A stretch of DNA of 32,000 nt from Xanthomonas campestris pv. campestris str. ATCC 33913 (GCF_000007145.1 NC_003902.1:1777436-1809435); one strand, 5' to 3'. Shown: positions 8,907 through 16,788, counted from the first letter of the stretch. Notes: a model not told the origin generated them from the letters alone. Numbers and translations are program-made.

Positions 8907-9880
8907 CAGTTGCCCTCCCGACGCGACAGCTGCATCAGCATGAAGCGCGCAATGGCCAGCACGATGAAGGTCACGATGAACAACACGAAGCCCAGCAACA
9001 GCAGCGCGGAGCGATAGGTTTCGGTTGCCTCACCGAAATCGTTGGCGATCAATGCCGCAATGGTGGTGCCTGGTTCCAGCAGCGACGGCGACAGCCGCAC
9101 CGTGTTGCCGACCACGAAGGCCACCGCCATGGTTTCACCCAGTGCGCGGCCCAAGCCCAGGAATACGCCGCCAATCACTGCAGACCGCGTGTAGGGCAGC
9201 ACGATGTCCCAGCTGACTTCCCACTTGGTCGATCCCAATGCGTACGCCGATTCCTTAAGGCGCGTCGGCACTGTCAGGAACACTTCGCGCATCACCGAGG
9301 AAATAAACGGGATCACCATGATCGCCAGCACAAAGCCGGCGGTCAGCAGGCCGATGCCCAGCGGCGGGCCCTGAAACAACTTGCCGATCAGCGGCAGCGT
9401 GCCCAGGTTGTCGTTGAGCCATGGCGTCACGTGCTCGGTCATCACCGGCACCAGCACGAACAGGCCCCACATGCCGTAGATGATCGAAGGAATGCCGGCC
9501 AGCAACTCGATTGCCGTGCCGACCGGGCCGCGCAACCAGCGCGGCGCCACTTCGGTGAGGAAGAAGGCGATGCCGAAACTCACCGGCACTGCAATCACCA
9601 TCGCGATCAGCGCAGTGACCAAGGTGCCGTAGATCGGTGCCAGCGCACCGTATTTGTTCTCGACCGGATTCCAGTCGGCGGAATAGAAGAAGCTCAGGCC
9701 TTGCATCTGCAGCGCGTGGCGTCCGCCCCACAACATCGACAGCGCAGCGCTGCCCAGGGCCAGCAGGACGAAGACGACGGTTGCCGCCAATGCCAGTTTG
9801 AACAGGCGATCGGCACGCGCATCGCGCAGATCGCGGCCGCGCGGTGCGGTCATCGCTTCGGGAATGGCGGTGGCATTCAT
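8906..9880 (-). CDS. pstC: Phosphate ABC transporter permease PstC
   Basis: The 324-aa polytopic membrane protein has the permease motif ESAYALGSTKWEV. Its position between pstS and pstA fits. Confidence 0.93.
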   Translation of the reverse strand: MNATAIPEAMTAPRGRDLRDARADRLFKLALAATVVFVLLALGSAALSMLWGGRHALQMQGLSFFYSADWNPVENKYGALAPIYGTLVTALIAMVIAVPVSFGIAFFLTEVAPRWLRGPVGTAIELLAGIPSIIYGMWGLFVLVPVMTEHVTPWLNDNLGTLPLIGKLFQGPPLGIGLLTAGFVLAIMVIPFISSVMREVFLTVPTRLKESAYALGSTKWEVSWDIVLPYTRSAVIGGVFLGLGRALGETMAVAFVVGNTVRLSPSLLEPGTTIAALIANDFGEATETYRSALLLLGFVLFIVTFIVLAIARFMLMQLSRREGN

Positions 9881-9896
9881 TCGATTGGGCTCGTCA

Positions 9897-9983
9897 CCCG
9901 CGCAATCGCGGGAGCGTGAGATAGCAGGATCGACGCGGCGCCCTCAGGCACCGCGTCGCAGCGCAACCCGCCACAGCGGCGGG
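9897..9983 (-). promoter_or_regulatory. Three consecutive GC-rich stem-loops in the pstS-pstC intercistronic gap
   Basis: In plus-strand coordinates the stem-loops are CCCGCC/GGCGGG (9967-9983), GACGCGG/CCGCGTC (9932-9957) and CCCGCG/CGCGGG (9897-9912). None has a U-tract. They occupy most of the 112-bp gap. Confidence 0.4.
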
Positions 9984-9992
9984 AGGCGAACA

Positions 9993-11084
9993 TCACTTGA
10001 ACTCGCTGCCCCAGTAGGCTTCGATCTGCTTCACCAGCTCCGGCGGCAGCGGCACGTAATGCAGTTCGCTGGCCTGGGCCTGGCCGTTTTCCAGTGCCCA
10101 CTTGAAGAAGTCCAGCGTGGCCTTGCTGCGGGCCGCGTCCTTGGGCTGCTTGTGCATCAGCATGAAGTTGGTCGCGGTGATCGGCCAGGCCTTCTCGCCC
10201 GGTGCATTGGTGATCACCAGGTTGAAGTCCTTGGCATTGGTCCAGTCGGCGCTGGCCGCTGCGGCGCCGAAGCTTTCAGCGTTCGGCTCCACCCACTGGC
10301 CGGCAGCGTTCTGCATCGACGCGTACGGCATCTTGTTCTGCAGCGCGTAGGCCAGTTCGACATAGCCGATCGAGCCCTTGATCTGCTGCACGTAGGAGGC
10401 CACGCCTTCGTTGCCCTTGCCGCCCACGCCGCCCGGCCACTGCACCGAGGTGCCTTCGCCGACCTTGGTCTTCCACTCCGGGCTGACCTTGGACAGGTAG
10501 TTGGAGAAGTTGAATGTGGTGCCCGAACCGTCGGAGCGATGCACCAGGTTGATCTTGGTCGCCGGCAGGGTCACGCCCGGGTTGGCCGCAGCAATCGCCG
10601 CGTCGTTCCACATGGTGACCTTGCCCAGGAAGATGTCGCCGAGCAGGGCGCCGGTCAGGCGCAGCTTGCCGGGCGCCATGCCTTCGATGTTCACCACCGG
10701 CACCACGCCGCCGATGGCCGAGGGGAACTGGCCCAGGCCGGCCTGCTGCAGCTCGGCGCTATCGAGCGGCTTGTCGGAGGAGCCGAAATCCACGGTGCCG
10801 GCCTTGATCTGCGCAATGCCGCCGCCCGAACCGATCGACTGGTAATTGACCTTGTTGCCGGTGGCGGCGTTGTAGTCGGCCGACCACTTGGACACCAGCG
10901 GGTAGATGAAGGACGCACCGGCGCCGGCGATCTCCGCACTCTTGCTCTCGCCGGCCGCCGCGCCTGCGTTGGCACCGCCTTGTGCGGGATCGCCGGACTG
11001 CGCGTCCTTGCCGGGCGAGCAGGCCGCCAGGGCAAGGGCGATGGTGAGGGACAGGGCGGTCAGGCTGGCCGACTGCAGTTTCAT
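9993..11084 (-). CDS. pstS: Phosphate-binding protein PstS, predicted lipoprotein form
   Basis: The start at ATG 11084 is supported by GGAG 5 nt upstream. The N-terminus MKLQSASLTALSLTIALALAAC has a lipobox (LAAC), followed by a Gly/Ala/Ser-rich linker. The PBP domain carries PstS motifs (GAGASFIYP, SIGSGGGI, HRSDGSGTT, KGNEGV). Confidence 0.9.
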   Translation of the reverse strand: MKLQSASLTALSLTIALALAACSPGKDAQSGDPAQGGANAGAAAGESKSAEIAGAGASFIYPLVSKWSADYNAATGNKVNYQSIGSGGGIAQIKAGTVDFGSSDKPLDSAELQQAGLGQFPSAIGGVVPVVNIEGMAPGKLRLTGALLGDIFLGKVTMWNDAAIAAANPGVTLPATKINLVHRSDGSGTTFNFSNYLSKVSPEWKTKVGEGTSVQWPGGVGGKGNEGVASYVQQIKGSIGYVELAYALQNKMPYASMQNAAGQWVEPNAESFGAAAASADWTNAKDFNLVITNAPGEKAWPITATNFMLMHKQPKDAARSKATLDFFKWALENGQAQASELHYVPLPPELVKQIEAYWGSEFK

Positions 11085-11134
11085 GGTGGCTCCGAGGCAG
11101 GATTGGCCGGGTGTCCGGCAGACGCAGCTATGAA

Positions 11135-11163
11135 ATGATGTTTTTGTTACACGTGCATGACAG
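11135..11163 (-). promoter_or_regulatory. Pho-box-like PhoB binding site upstream of pstS
   Basis: The minus strand reads CTGTCAT GCAC GTGTAAC AAAA ACATCAT. These are three 7-bp repeats with 4-bp spacers (11-bp phasing), and the first matches the enterobacterial CTGTCAT consensus exactly. The site lies about 50-80 nt upstream of the pstS ATG. Confidence 0.6.
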
Positions 11164-11186
11164 CGCCATCCGGGCACTGGCATCAC

Positions 11187-11217
11187 AAAAAAAGACGCGG
11201 ACCCGAAAGTCCGCGTC
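11187..11217 (-). terminator. Rho-independent terminator between the two PstS paralogs
   Basis: The minus strand reads GACGCGGAC TTTCGG GTCCGCGTC followed by TTTTTTT (the plus-strand A7 run at 11187-11193). It lies 45 nt downstream of the upstream paralog's stop codon. Confidence 0.8.
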
Positions 11218-11261
11218 CCGGTCCGGACGCCGGGGAGAGAGACGGCGTCGGTCCTGTGCAC

Positions 11262-12281
11262 TTAGCGGGGCAGGGTCTTGGCCCAGTAGGCTTCGATCTG
11301 GCTGACCAGCGTGTCCGGCAGCGGCACGTAGTCCAGCGCCTTGGCCTGCGCATCGCCCTTGCTGTAGACCCAGCGGAAGAACTCCAGGGTGTTCTTCAGG
11401 CCGGCCGGATTCTTCGGCTTCTTCTGCACCAGGATGAAATTGGTGGCGGTGATCGGCCAGGCGTTGTCGCCGGCGGCATTGGTCATCACCAGGTAGAAGT
11501 CCTTGCTGCTGCCCCAGTCGGCACTGTTGGCGGCCGCAGCGAAGGTCTCATCGGACGGCTGCACGAACTTGCCGGCCGCATTCTTCATCGCGGTGTAGGC
11601 CATCTTGTTCTGCAGCGCGTACGACAGCTCGACATAGCCGATGCCGCCCTTGATCTGCTTCACGTAGGCGGCCACGCCTTCGTTGCCCTTGCCGCCAATG
11701 CCGGTCGGCCACTGCACCGCCGTGCCTTCGCCGACCTTGCTCTTCCAGTCCGGATTGACCTTGGACAGGTAGTTGGTGAAGTTGAAGCTGGTGCCCGAAC
11801 CGTCGGAGCGATGCACCACGGTGATCTTGCTGTCGGGCAGCTTCACGCCCGGGTTCAGCGCAACGATGGCCGCATCGTTCCAGGTGGTGACCTTGCCCAG
11901 GAAGATATCGCCCAGGGTCTTGCCGTCCAGCTTGACCGCACCGGCAGCGATGCCCGGCACGTTGATCACCGGCACCACGCCGCCGATCACCGAGGGAAAC
12001 TGCGCCAGTCCGGCGGCAGCCAACTCTTCGGGCTTGAGCGGGGCATCGGAAGAACCGAAATCCACGCTGGCGGCCTTGATCTGCGCAATGCCGCCACCGG
12101 AGCCGATCGACTGATAGTTGACCTGCTTCTTGGTGGCGGTGTTGTAGTCGGCCGACCACTTCGACATGACCGGGTAAATGAACGATGCGCCGGCGCCGGT
12201 GACATCGGCAGCCTGGGCGCCCATGGCCAGTGCGGCAGCGAGCACGCCGACAGCCAGACGGGATTTGATGGAAGAGATCAC
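11262..12281 (-). CDS. phoX: Second phosphate-binding protein (PstS paralog; called PhoX in Xanthomonas citri literature), soluble periplasmic form
   Basis: The GTG start at 12281 is supported by AAGGAG (12289-12294) 7 nt upstream. The signal peptide VISSIKSRLAVGVLAAALAMGAQA|AD is SPase I type with no lipobox. The mature protein is colinear and highly similar to the downstream PstS (same GAGASFIYP, SIGSGGGIAQIKA, HRSDGSGT and KGNEGVA motifs). Confidence 0.88.
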   Translation of the reverse strand: MISSIKSRLAVGVLAAALAMGAQAADVTGAGASFIYPVMSKWSADYNTATKKQVNYQSIGSGGGIAQIKAASVDFGSSDAPLKPEELAAAGLAQFPSVIGGVVPVINVPGIAAGAVKLDGKTLGDIFLGKVTTWNDAAIVALNPGVKLPDSKITVVHRSDGSGTSFNFTNYLSKVNPDWKSKVGEGTAVQWPTGIGGKGNEGVAAYVKQIKGGIGYVELSYALQNKMAYTAMKNAAGKFVQPSDETFAAAANSADWGSSKDFYLVMTNAAGDNAWPITATNFILVQKKPKNPAGLKNTLEFFRWVYSKGDAQAKALDYVPLPDTLVSQIEAYWAKTLPR

Positions 12282-12315
12282 GGAACAGCTCCTTGTAGCG
12301 ATAGGGATGACGTCC

Positions 12316-12350
12316 CGCAGGACGCCATTGCAGGGCAATGGCGTCCTGCG
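12316..12350. repeat. Perfect 16+16 bp palindrome (CGCAGGACGCCATTGC agg GCAATGGCGTCCTGCG)
   Basis: Read directly: arm 12316-12331 is the exact reverse complement of 12335-12350, with a 3-nt centre. It lies between the Pho-box-like repeats and the SD of the upstream PstS paralog, 123 nt downstream of the porin stop codon. Confidence 0.85.
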
Positions 12351-12352
12351 CA

Positions 12353-12381
12353 ATGTCGGGGAGATGACACGAAGATGACGG
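12353..12381 (-). promoter_or_regulatory. Pho-box-like repeats upstream of the second PstS paralog
   Basis: The minus strand reads CCGTCAT CTTC GTGTCAT CTCC CCGACAT. These are three xxGTCAT-type 7-mers with exact 4-nt spacers (11-bp phasing), 72-100 nt upstream of GTG 12281. Confidence 0.5.
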
Positions 12382-12472
12382 GGCGGAAGTGGCGCCTGTC
12401 ACAGCGACGCACAGGGCCACGTGCTGTCAGTGCCTGCGGCCGGTGTCTGCGGAGGCCTGCCGCAGCGATGGC

Positions 12473-13723
12473 TTACCAGTAGAACTGCGCGCGTGCCTCG
12501 ATGATCGACGGGTTGTCGTCGACCAGCCCGCGGGTGGCGCTGTTGTAGCGGGTGCTTTCGACCTTGGCGTAGTCGAGTGCGAACTTGAAGTTGGAGCGCC
12601 AGTACCAGTTGGCGCCGATGGTCCACACATCCATCTTGCCGCCCAGCACGCCATCGACGAACGGCGTGTTGCCGTTGGCGACCAGATGGCCGTCGTTGAG
12701 GTCCAGGGTGTCGTAGCGCACTGCCAGCTGCCACATGCCCGATGCCGGTTCGTTGGGCAGCGGGGTGGTCGGCACGCCGGCCTTGTAGCCCCAGGTCTCG
12801 CCGGTGATGTTCCAGACCCCGCTGACGTACCAGCCGTCACTCTTATAGTCGTTTGCGTTGGCACCGATGCGGTTGGCGTTTTCCTGGAAGTACTCGCTCT
12901 GCAGCTTGAACGGCCCGGTGATCCACATCGCTTCAGCGCCGGCCACGCCCACGTTGTCGACATTGGTGATGGCACCGCTGTCGATCAGGCGCACGGTGGT
13001 GAGGTCGGCGTCGGGGCGCGCGCGCAGGCGCAGGGTGTCGTCGTCGGTGTCGTAGGCCAGATAGCTGAGGCCGAAGTGCAGCACATTGCCGGTCTCATTG
13101 ATCGGCGCCCAGGTGCCGCGTGCGCCGTAGCCGCTGCCGTGGGCCTGGTTGCGGGTCAGTTCGCGGCCGAACGCGCTGGCGGTCAGGCTCCAGTTGTTGT
13201 CGCCCATGCCGTACGCCACACCGAGCCGGCGCGAGATGCCGTAGGTATTGGTGACCGCGGCCTTGGACACGAAGTCATTGTTCTTGGTGCTGGACAGCTC
13301 TTCCAGGCTGTTGGGCTGCTTGAACTGGCCAAACTGCAGGTAGTTGTTGGCGTTGCCGCCGAACTTGTACTTGATGTTGTTGTCCAGGAAGCGTCCGGTG
13401 CTGCGGATGGTGGTGCCTCGCACAGTGACTTCCTTCAGCACGCTGGGGTCGTAGCCGGCGACCCATTCAAAGTTGCCCGGCCCCTTGCCCTTGAGTACCA
13501 ACTCGGCGCGGCGAATGCTGAATTCGGAATTGTCGCCGTTGGCGCCGATCGGTCCGTTGAGATCCTGCACGTCGTTGTGGAACCAGTTGCCATCGGCCTG
13601 GACCAGGCCTTCCAGCGACATTTCCGAGCCGCCGATCACATCGATGGCGATTTCGGCGTGGGCTGCCGGCGCGGCGAGCGCCACCAGCAATGCGGAGCCA
13701 AGCAGGGTAGGAGAAAGTTTCAT
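12473..13723 (-). CDS. oprO: Phosphate/pyrophosphate-selective porin, OprO/OprP family
   Basis: The 416-aa ORF has the signal peptide MKLSPTLLGSALLVALAAPAAHA. It has a beta-barrel pattern with the family-typical N-terminal region (FSIRRAELVLKGK) and a C-terminal aromatic end (AQFYW). It sits at the head of the pst cluster. Confidence 0.9.
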   Translation of the reverse strand: MKLSPTLLGSALLVALAAPAAHAEIAIDVIGGSEMSLEGLVQADGNWFHNDVQDLNGPIGANGDNSEFSIRRAELVLKGKGPGNFEWVAGYDPSVLKEVTVRGTTIRSTGRFLDNNIKYKFGGNANNYLQFGQFKQPNSLEELSSTKNNDFVSKAAVTNTYGISRRLGVAYGMGDNNWSLTASAFGRELTRNQAHGSGYGARGTWAPINETGNVLHFGLSYLAYDTDDDTLRLRARPDADLTTVRLIDSGAITNVDNVGVAGAEAMWITGPFKLQSEYFQENANRIGANANDYKSDGWYVSGVWNITGETWGYKAGVPTTPLPNEPASGMWQLAVRYDTLDLNDGHLVANGNTPFVDGVLGGKMDVWTIGANWYWRSNFKFALDYAKVESTRYNSATRGLVDDNPSIIEARAQFYW

Positions 13724-13771
13724 GGTGCCTTGCGACCTGACGAGAAAGTGGGCGCAGGCTAGGCCGTGAAA

Positions 13772-13789
13772 GTTGCGTTAATGTGACAA
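13772..13789 (-). promoter_or_regulatory. Candidate Pho box for the porin gene
   Basis: The minus strand reads TTGTCAC ATTA ACGCAAC, 49-66 nt upstream of ATG 13723. The first half-site is good and the second is weak. Additional TGTCA half-sites lie in the AT-rich region (13817-13823, 13854-13871 on the plus strand; 13893-13899 on the minus strand). Confidence 0.3.
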
Positions 13790-14041
13790 TTCCGCAACCA
13801 CTCATCGGAACACTTTTTGTCAATCAAGACAAAGATTTACGCGTGTTTTGTTTTTGTCAGTGTGTGTCATGAGTCTGAACAAAGTCGCGTTTATGACAGT
13901 TCTGGTGGGCGCTGAAACCCGGCGATTTGCGTGACTTAGTTAATGGCGAGCTGAACCGCAATCTGCAAGTGGCGCGTTCCATCGCACTTTGTGCATCGCA
14001 CCACTTGCGCTGCCGGGTTCTAAATTGTTAGTTTCGAGACC

Positions 14042-14383
14042 ATGTTTCCGCGATTCCTCCAATTGCTGCTGGTTTGTCTGCTCGCGCTCACCGCGTGGTC
14101 GGCAGCCAATGCGCACACCCGCATCCAGAATGCGGTGGTGGGCGACGGCCTGGCGGTGATGGTGGATGCTGGCGAAGAACGCGATGCCACCGAAGATCCG
14201 CAGGACGATGGGGACTCCCAGACCCAAGTCGATACACAGCCTGCAGACGATATCCCCTTGCTCTCCCAAGCATGGCCTGTGCTGGCGCGGTATTCACCTT
14301 CTTGGTACGCGCATCACGCGCCGGCAAATCACAAACGCGACCTGATCCCGCAACTGCGTCCTCCAAACGCCCTGCGCGCCTGA
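14042..14383 (+). CDS. Hypothetical small secreted acidic protein (113 aa)
   Basis: The signal-peptide-like N-terminus is MFPRFLQLLLVCLLALTAWSAANA|HT. It is followed by an acidic Asp/Glu/Gln-rich middle and a His/Pro/Trp-containing C-terminus ending LRPPNALRA. I recognise no family. GC is lower than in neighbouring genes, there is no clear SD, and a weak terminator follows. Confidence 0.5.
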   Translation: MFPRFLQLLLVCLLALTAWSAANAHTRIQNAVVGDGLAVMVDAGEERDATEDPQDDGDSQTQVDTQPADDIPLLSQAWPVLARYSPSWYAHHAPANHKRDLIPQLRPPNALRA

Positions 14384-14401
14384 TCCCAGCTGTCGCTGTA
14401 C

Positions 14402-14433
14402 CCGGCGTTTCCGCCGGATTCTCTTGATTTGTT
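14402..14433 (+). terminator. Weak candidate intrinsic terminator after the small secreted ORF
   Basis: CCGGCG TTTC CGCCGG (14402-14417) is followed by the T-rich tail ATTCTCTTGATTTGTT. Confidence 0.35.
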
Positions 14434-14494
14434 CAATTTCGCAATTCGCGGTTTGCGCCGCGGATCGCTATCCGTTGCCTAGAGGTTATCTCCC

Positions 14495-15175
14495 ATGGAA
14501 AGTTTGCTTGAAGGGTTTCGTCATTTCCGTAAGGAAGTGTATCCGCGCCAGAGTGCGCGCTTTCATGAACTCGCTGCCGGCCAAAAGCCGCACACGCTGT
14601 TCATCACCTGCGCCGACTCGCGCGTCATGCCGGAGCTGATCTTCTCCGCGCAGCCCGGCGAATTGTTCGTCTACCGCAACATCGGCAATGTAGTGCCGCC
14701 TTACTCGCAGCACGTCAGTGGCGTGGTTGCGGCGATCGAATACGCCATCGCCGTGTTGGGTGTGCGCCACATCGTGGTCTGCGGCCATACCGACTGCGGC
14801 GCCATGAAGGCCGTGCTCAAGCCCGAGTCGCTGGAAGATGTGCCGTCCGTAGCTGCCTGGTTGAAGCACACCGACGCAGCGCGTCACGTCACCGCCCACC
14901 ATGGCCATGATCCGGCCAGCCAGGAGGCGCTGAGCTGCATGACCGAAGAGAACGTGGTCTCGCAGCTGGACCATCTGCGGACGCAACCGGTCGTGGCAGC
15001 ACGCCTGGCGGCAGGCACGTTGCGGATCCATGGCTGGATCTACGATATCGCCCACGGAGAGATCCGCGCCTTCGATGCCGAAAAGGGGGGCTTCCGCCCG
15101 CTCCTGGGCGAGACGACTCCCGAAGCCACTCCTCGCCCGCGCTTGCAGCAAGCGGTGCGGGCTGAACTCGTCTGA
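14495..15175 (+). CDS. Beta-class carbonic anhydrase
   Basis: The zinc ligand and catalytic motifs of beta-CA are present: CADSR (Cys-x-Asp-x-Arg) and HTDCGAM (His-x-x-Cys). AGAGG lies 9 nt upstream of the ATG. Confidence 0.92.
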   Translation: MESLLEGFRHFRKEVYPRQSARFHELAAGQKPHTLFITCADSRVMPELIFSAQPGELFVYRNIGNVVPPYSQHVSGVVAAIEYAIAVLGVRHIVVCGHTDCGAMKAVLKPESLEDVPSVAAWLKHTDAARHVTAHHGHDPASQEALSCMTEENVVSQLDHLRTQPVVAARLAAGTLRIHGWIYDIAHGEIRAFDAEKGGFRPLLGETTPEATPRPRLQQAVRAELV

Positions 15176-15187
15176 CGGAGCACACTC

Positions 15188-16747
15188 ATGAACACAGCAG
15201 GTATCGGCGGATATTTCCGTCAGGGGCTGTTCGGGCGTGATTTGCTCGCGTCAGTGGTGGTCTTCCTTGTCGCGTTGCCCTTGTGTATGGGCATCGCGAT
15301 TGCATCCGGCATGCCGCCGGCAACGGGTCTGATCACCGGCATCATCGGCGGACTGGTTGTTGGTTTTCTGGCGGGCTCACCGTTGCAGGTGAGCGGCCCG
15401 GCCGCCGGCCTGGCTGTGTTGGTGTTCGAACTGGTGCGCGAGCATGGCGCTGCTGCGCTCGGCCCAGTGATTCTGGTGGCTGGCGCGATCCAGCTGGTTG
15501 CCGGTCTGTGCCGGGCAGGGGTGTGGTTCCGGATGACGTCGCCGGCCGTGGTGGCCGGTATGTTGTCGGGCATCGGCATCCTGATCGTGGCCTCGCAGGC
15601 GCACGTGTTGATGGATGCAGCGCCCAAGGCGCGCGGTCTGGAGAACTTCGCTGCACTGCCTGCCGTGTTGTGGCAGGCGATCAGCGAAGGCACCGGCCGC
15701 ACCGCCTTGTTGGTGGGCCTGGCGACCATCGGCATCATCCTGGCCTGGGACAAGCTGCGTCCGCAGCGGTTGCGCTTCCTGCCGGGTGCGTTGATCGCGG
15801 TGGTGGTGGTGACGGCGACCGTGCAGTTGCAGGGACTGAACGTCAACAAGGTCGATGTTCCGACCAACCTGTTCTCGGCGATCAGTATTCCCCGCCTTTC
15901 CGACATCTTCGGGGTGTTCAATCACACCTTGCTGGTGTCGGCGGTGACCTTCGCCTTCATCGCCAGTGCCGAGACCTTGTTGTCGGCAGCGGCAGTGGAT
16001 CGGATGCACCAGGGCGCACGGACGCAGTACGACCGTGAGCTGGCGGCGCAGGGCGTGGGCAACATGCTGTGCGGTTTCCTGGGTGCATTGCCGATGACCG
16101 GCGTGATCGTGCGTAGTGCGGCCAATGTGCAGGCCGGTGCTGCCACGCGTGTGTCGACCATCCTGCACGGCAGCTGGCTGCTGGTGTTCGCGATGCTGCT
16201 GCCGTGGCTGTTGCGGATGACGCCGGTGGCCTGTCTGGCCGGCATCCTGGTCTACACCGGCGTGAAGATGATCAAGATCGGTCAGGTCAAGGAACTGGCG
16301 ACCTATGGCCGCGGCACCGCCGCGATCTATCTGGCCACCACGTTTGCGATCGTGGCCACCGACCTGCTGACCGGTGTGCTGATTGGTTTCGGTCTGTCGC
16401 TGTTCCGTCTGGCCCTGCATTCCTCGCGCCTGAAGGTCGAGGTGCGCGAGCACGCCGACAAGAAGGACGAAATGCATCTGACCCTGCAGGGTTCTGCAAC
16501 GTTCCTGAAGGTGCCGGCGATGGCGCGCACGCTGGAAAGCGTTCCGCCGAACACGGTGCTGCATCTGGACGTGGCCAAGCTGCATCACGTCGACCATGCG
16601 TGCATCGAGTTGCTGCGTGATTGGAGCCGCAATGCAGCGTCGCGCGGCTGTGAGCTGGCCGTGGACTGGAATGAGCTGGATCGTCGCGTGGAGGGCCAGC
16701 GCAAGGTGGATCCCGTGCCGACGCAGGAACCGCGCAAAGCGGCCTGA
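15188..16747 (+). CDS. SulP-family inorganic anion transporter with C-terminal STAS domain (possible bicarbonate transporter)
   Basis: The 519-aa polytopic protein has a SulP N-terminal signature region (LPLCMGIAIASGMPPATGLITGIIGG) and a C-terminal STAS-like domain (LTLQGSATFLKVPAMARTLE...LDVAKLHHVDHACIELL). It starts 12 nt after the carbonic anhydrase stop codon, with GGAG 7 nt upstream. Confidence 0.9.
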   Translation: MNTAGIGGYFRQGLFGRDLLASVVVFLVALPLCMGIAIASGMPPATGLITGIIGGLVVGFLAGSPLQVSGPAAGLAVLVFELVREHGAAALGPVILVAGAIQLVAGLCRAGVWFRMTSPAVVAGMLSGIGILIVASQAHVLMDAAPKARGLENFAALPAVLWQAISEGTGRTALLVGLATIGIILAWDKLRPQRLRFLPGALIAVVVVTATVQLQGLNVNKVDVPTNLFSAISIPRLSDIFGVFNHTLLVSAVTFAFIASAETLLSAAAVDRMHQGARTQYDRELAAQGVGNMLCGFLGALPMTGVIVRSAANVQAGAATRVSTILHGSWLLVFAMLLPWLLRMTPVACLAGILVYTGVKMIKIGQVKELATYGRGTAAIYLATTFAIVATDLLTGVLIGFGLSLFRLALHSSRLKVEVREHADKKDEMHLTLQGSATFLKVPAMARTLESVPPNTVLHLDVAKLHHVDHACIELLRDWSRNAASRGCELAVDWNELDRRVEGQRKVDPVPTQEPRKAA

Positions 16748-16788
16748 CCCTGATAGCCACCCGGCGTTCGCGCCGGGTGTGTCCTGTC

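Noticed and set aside
9798-12482. Two plus-strand ORFs of 446 and 441 aa (9798-11138 and 11157-12482) that resemble each other
   Set aside because: They are antisense images of the two PstS paralogs, and their mutual similarity simply mirrors the paralogy. They are low-complexity, Arg/Gly/Ala/His-rich, and have no recognisable domains.
12389-13762. 457-aa plus-strand ORF
   Set aside because: It is antisense to the OprO/P porin gene, which has a signal peptide, a beta-barrel pattern and a C-terminal aromatic residue. The plus-strand product has no features.
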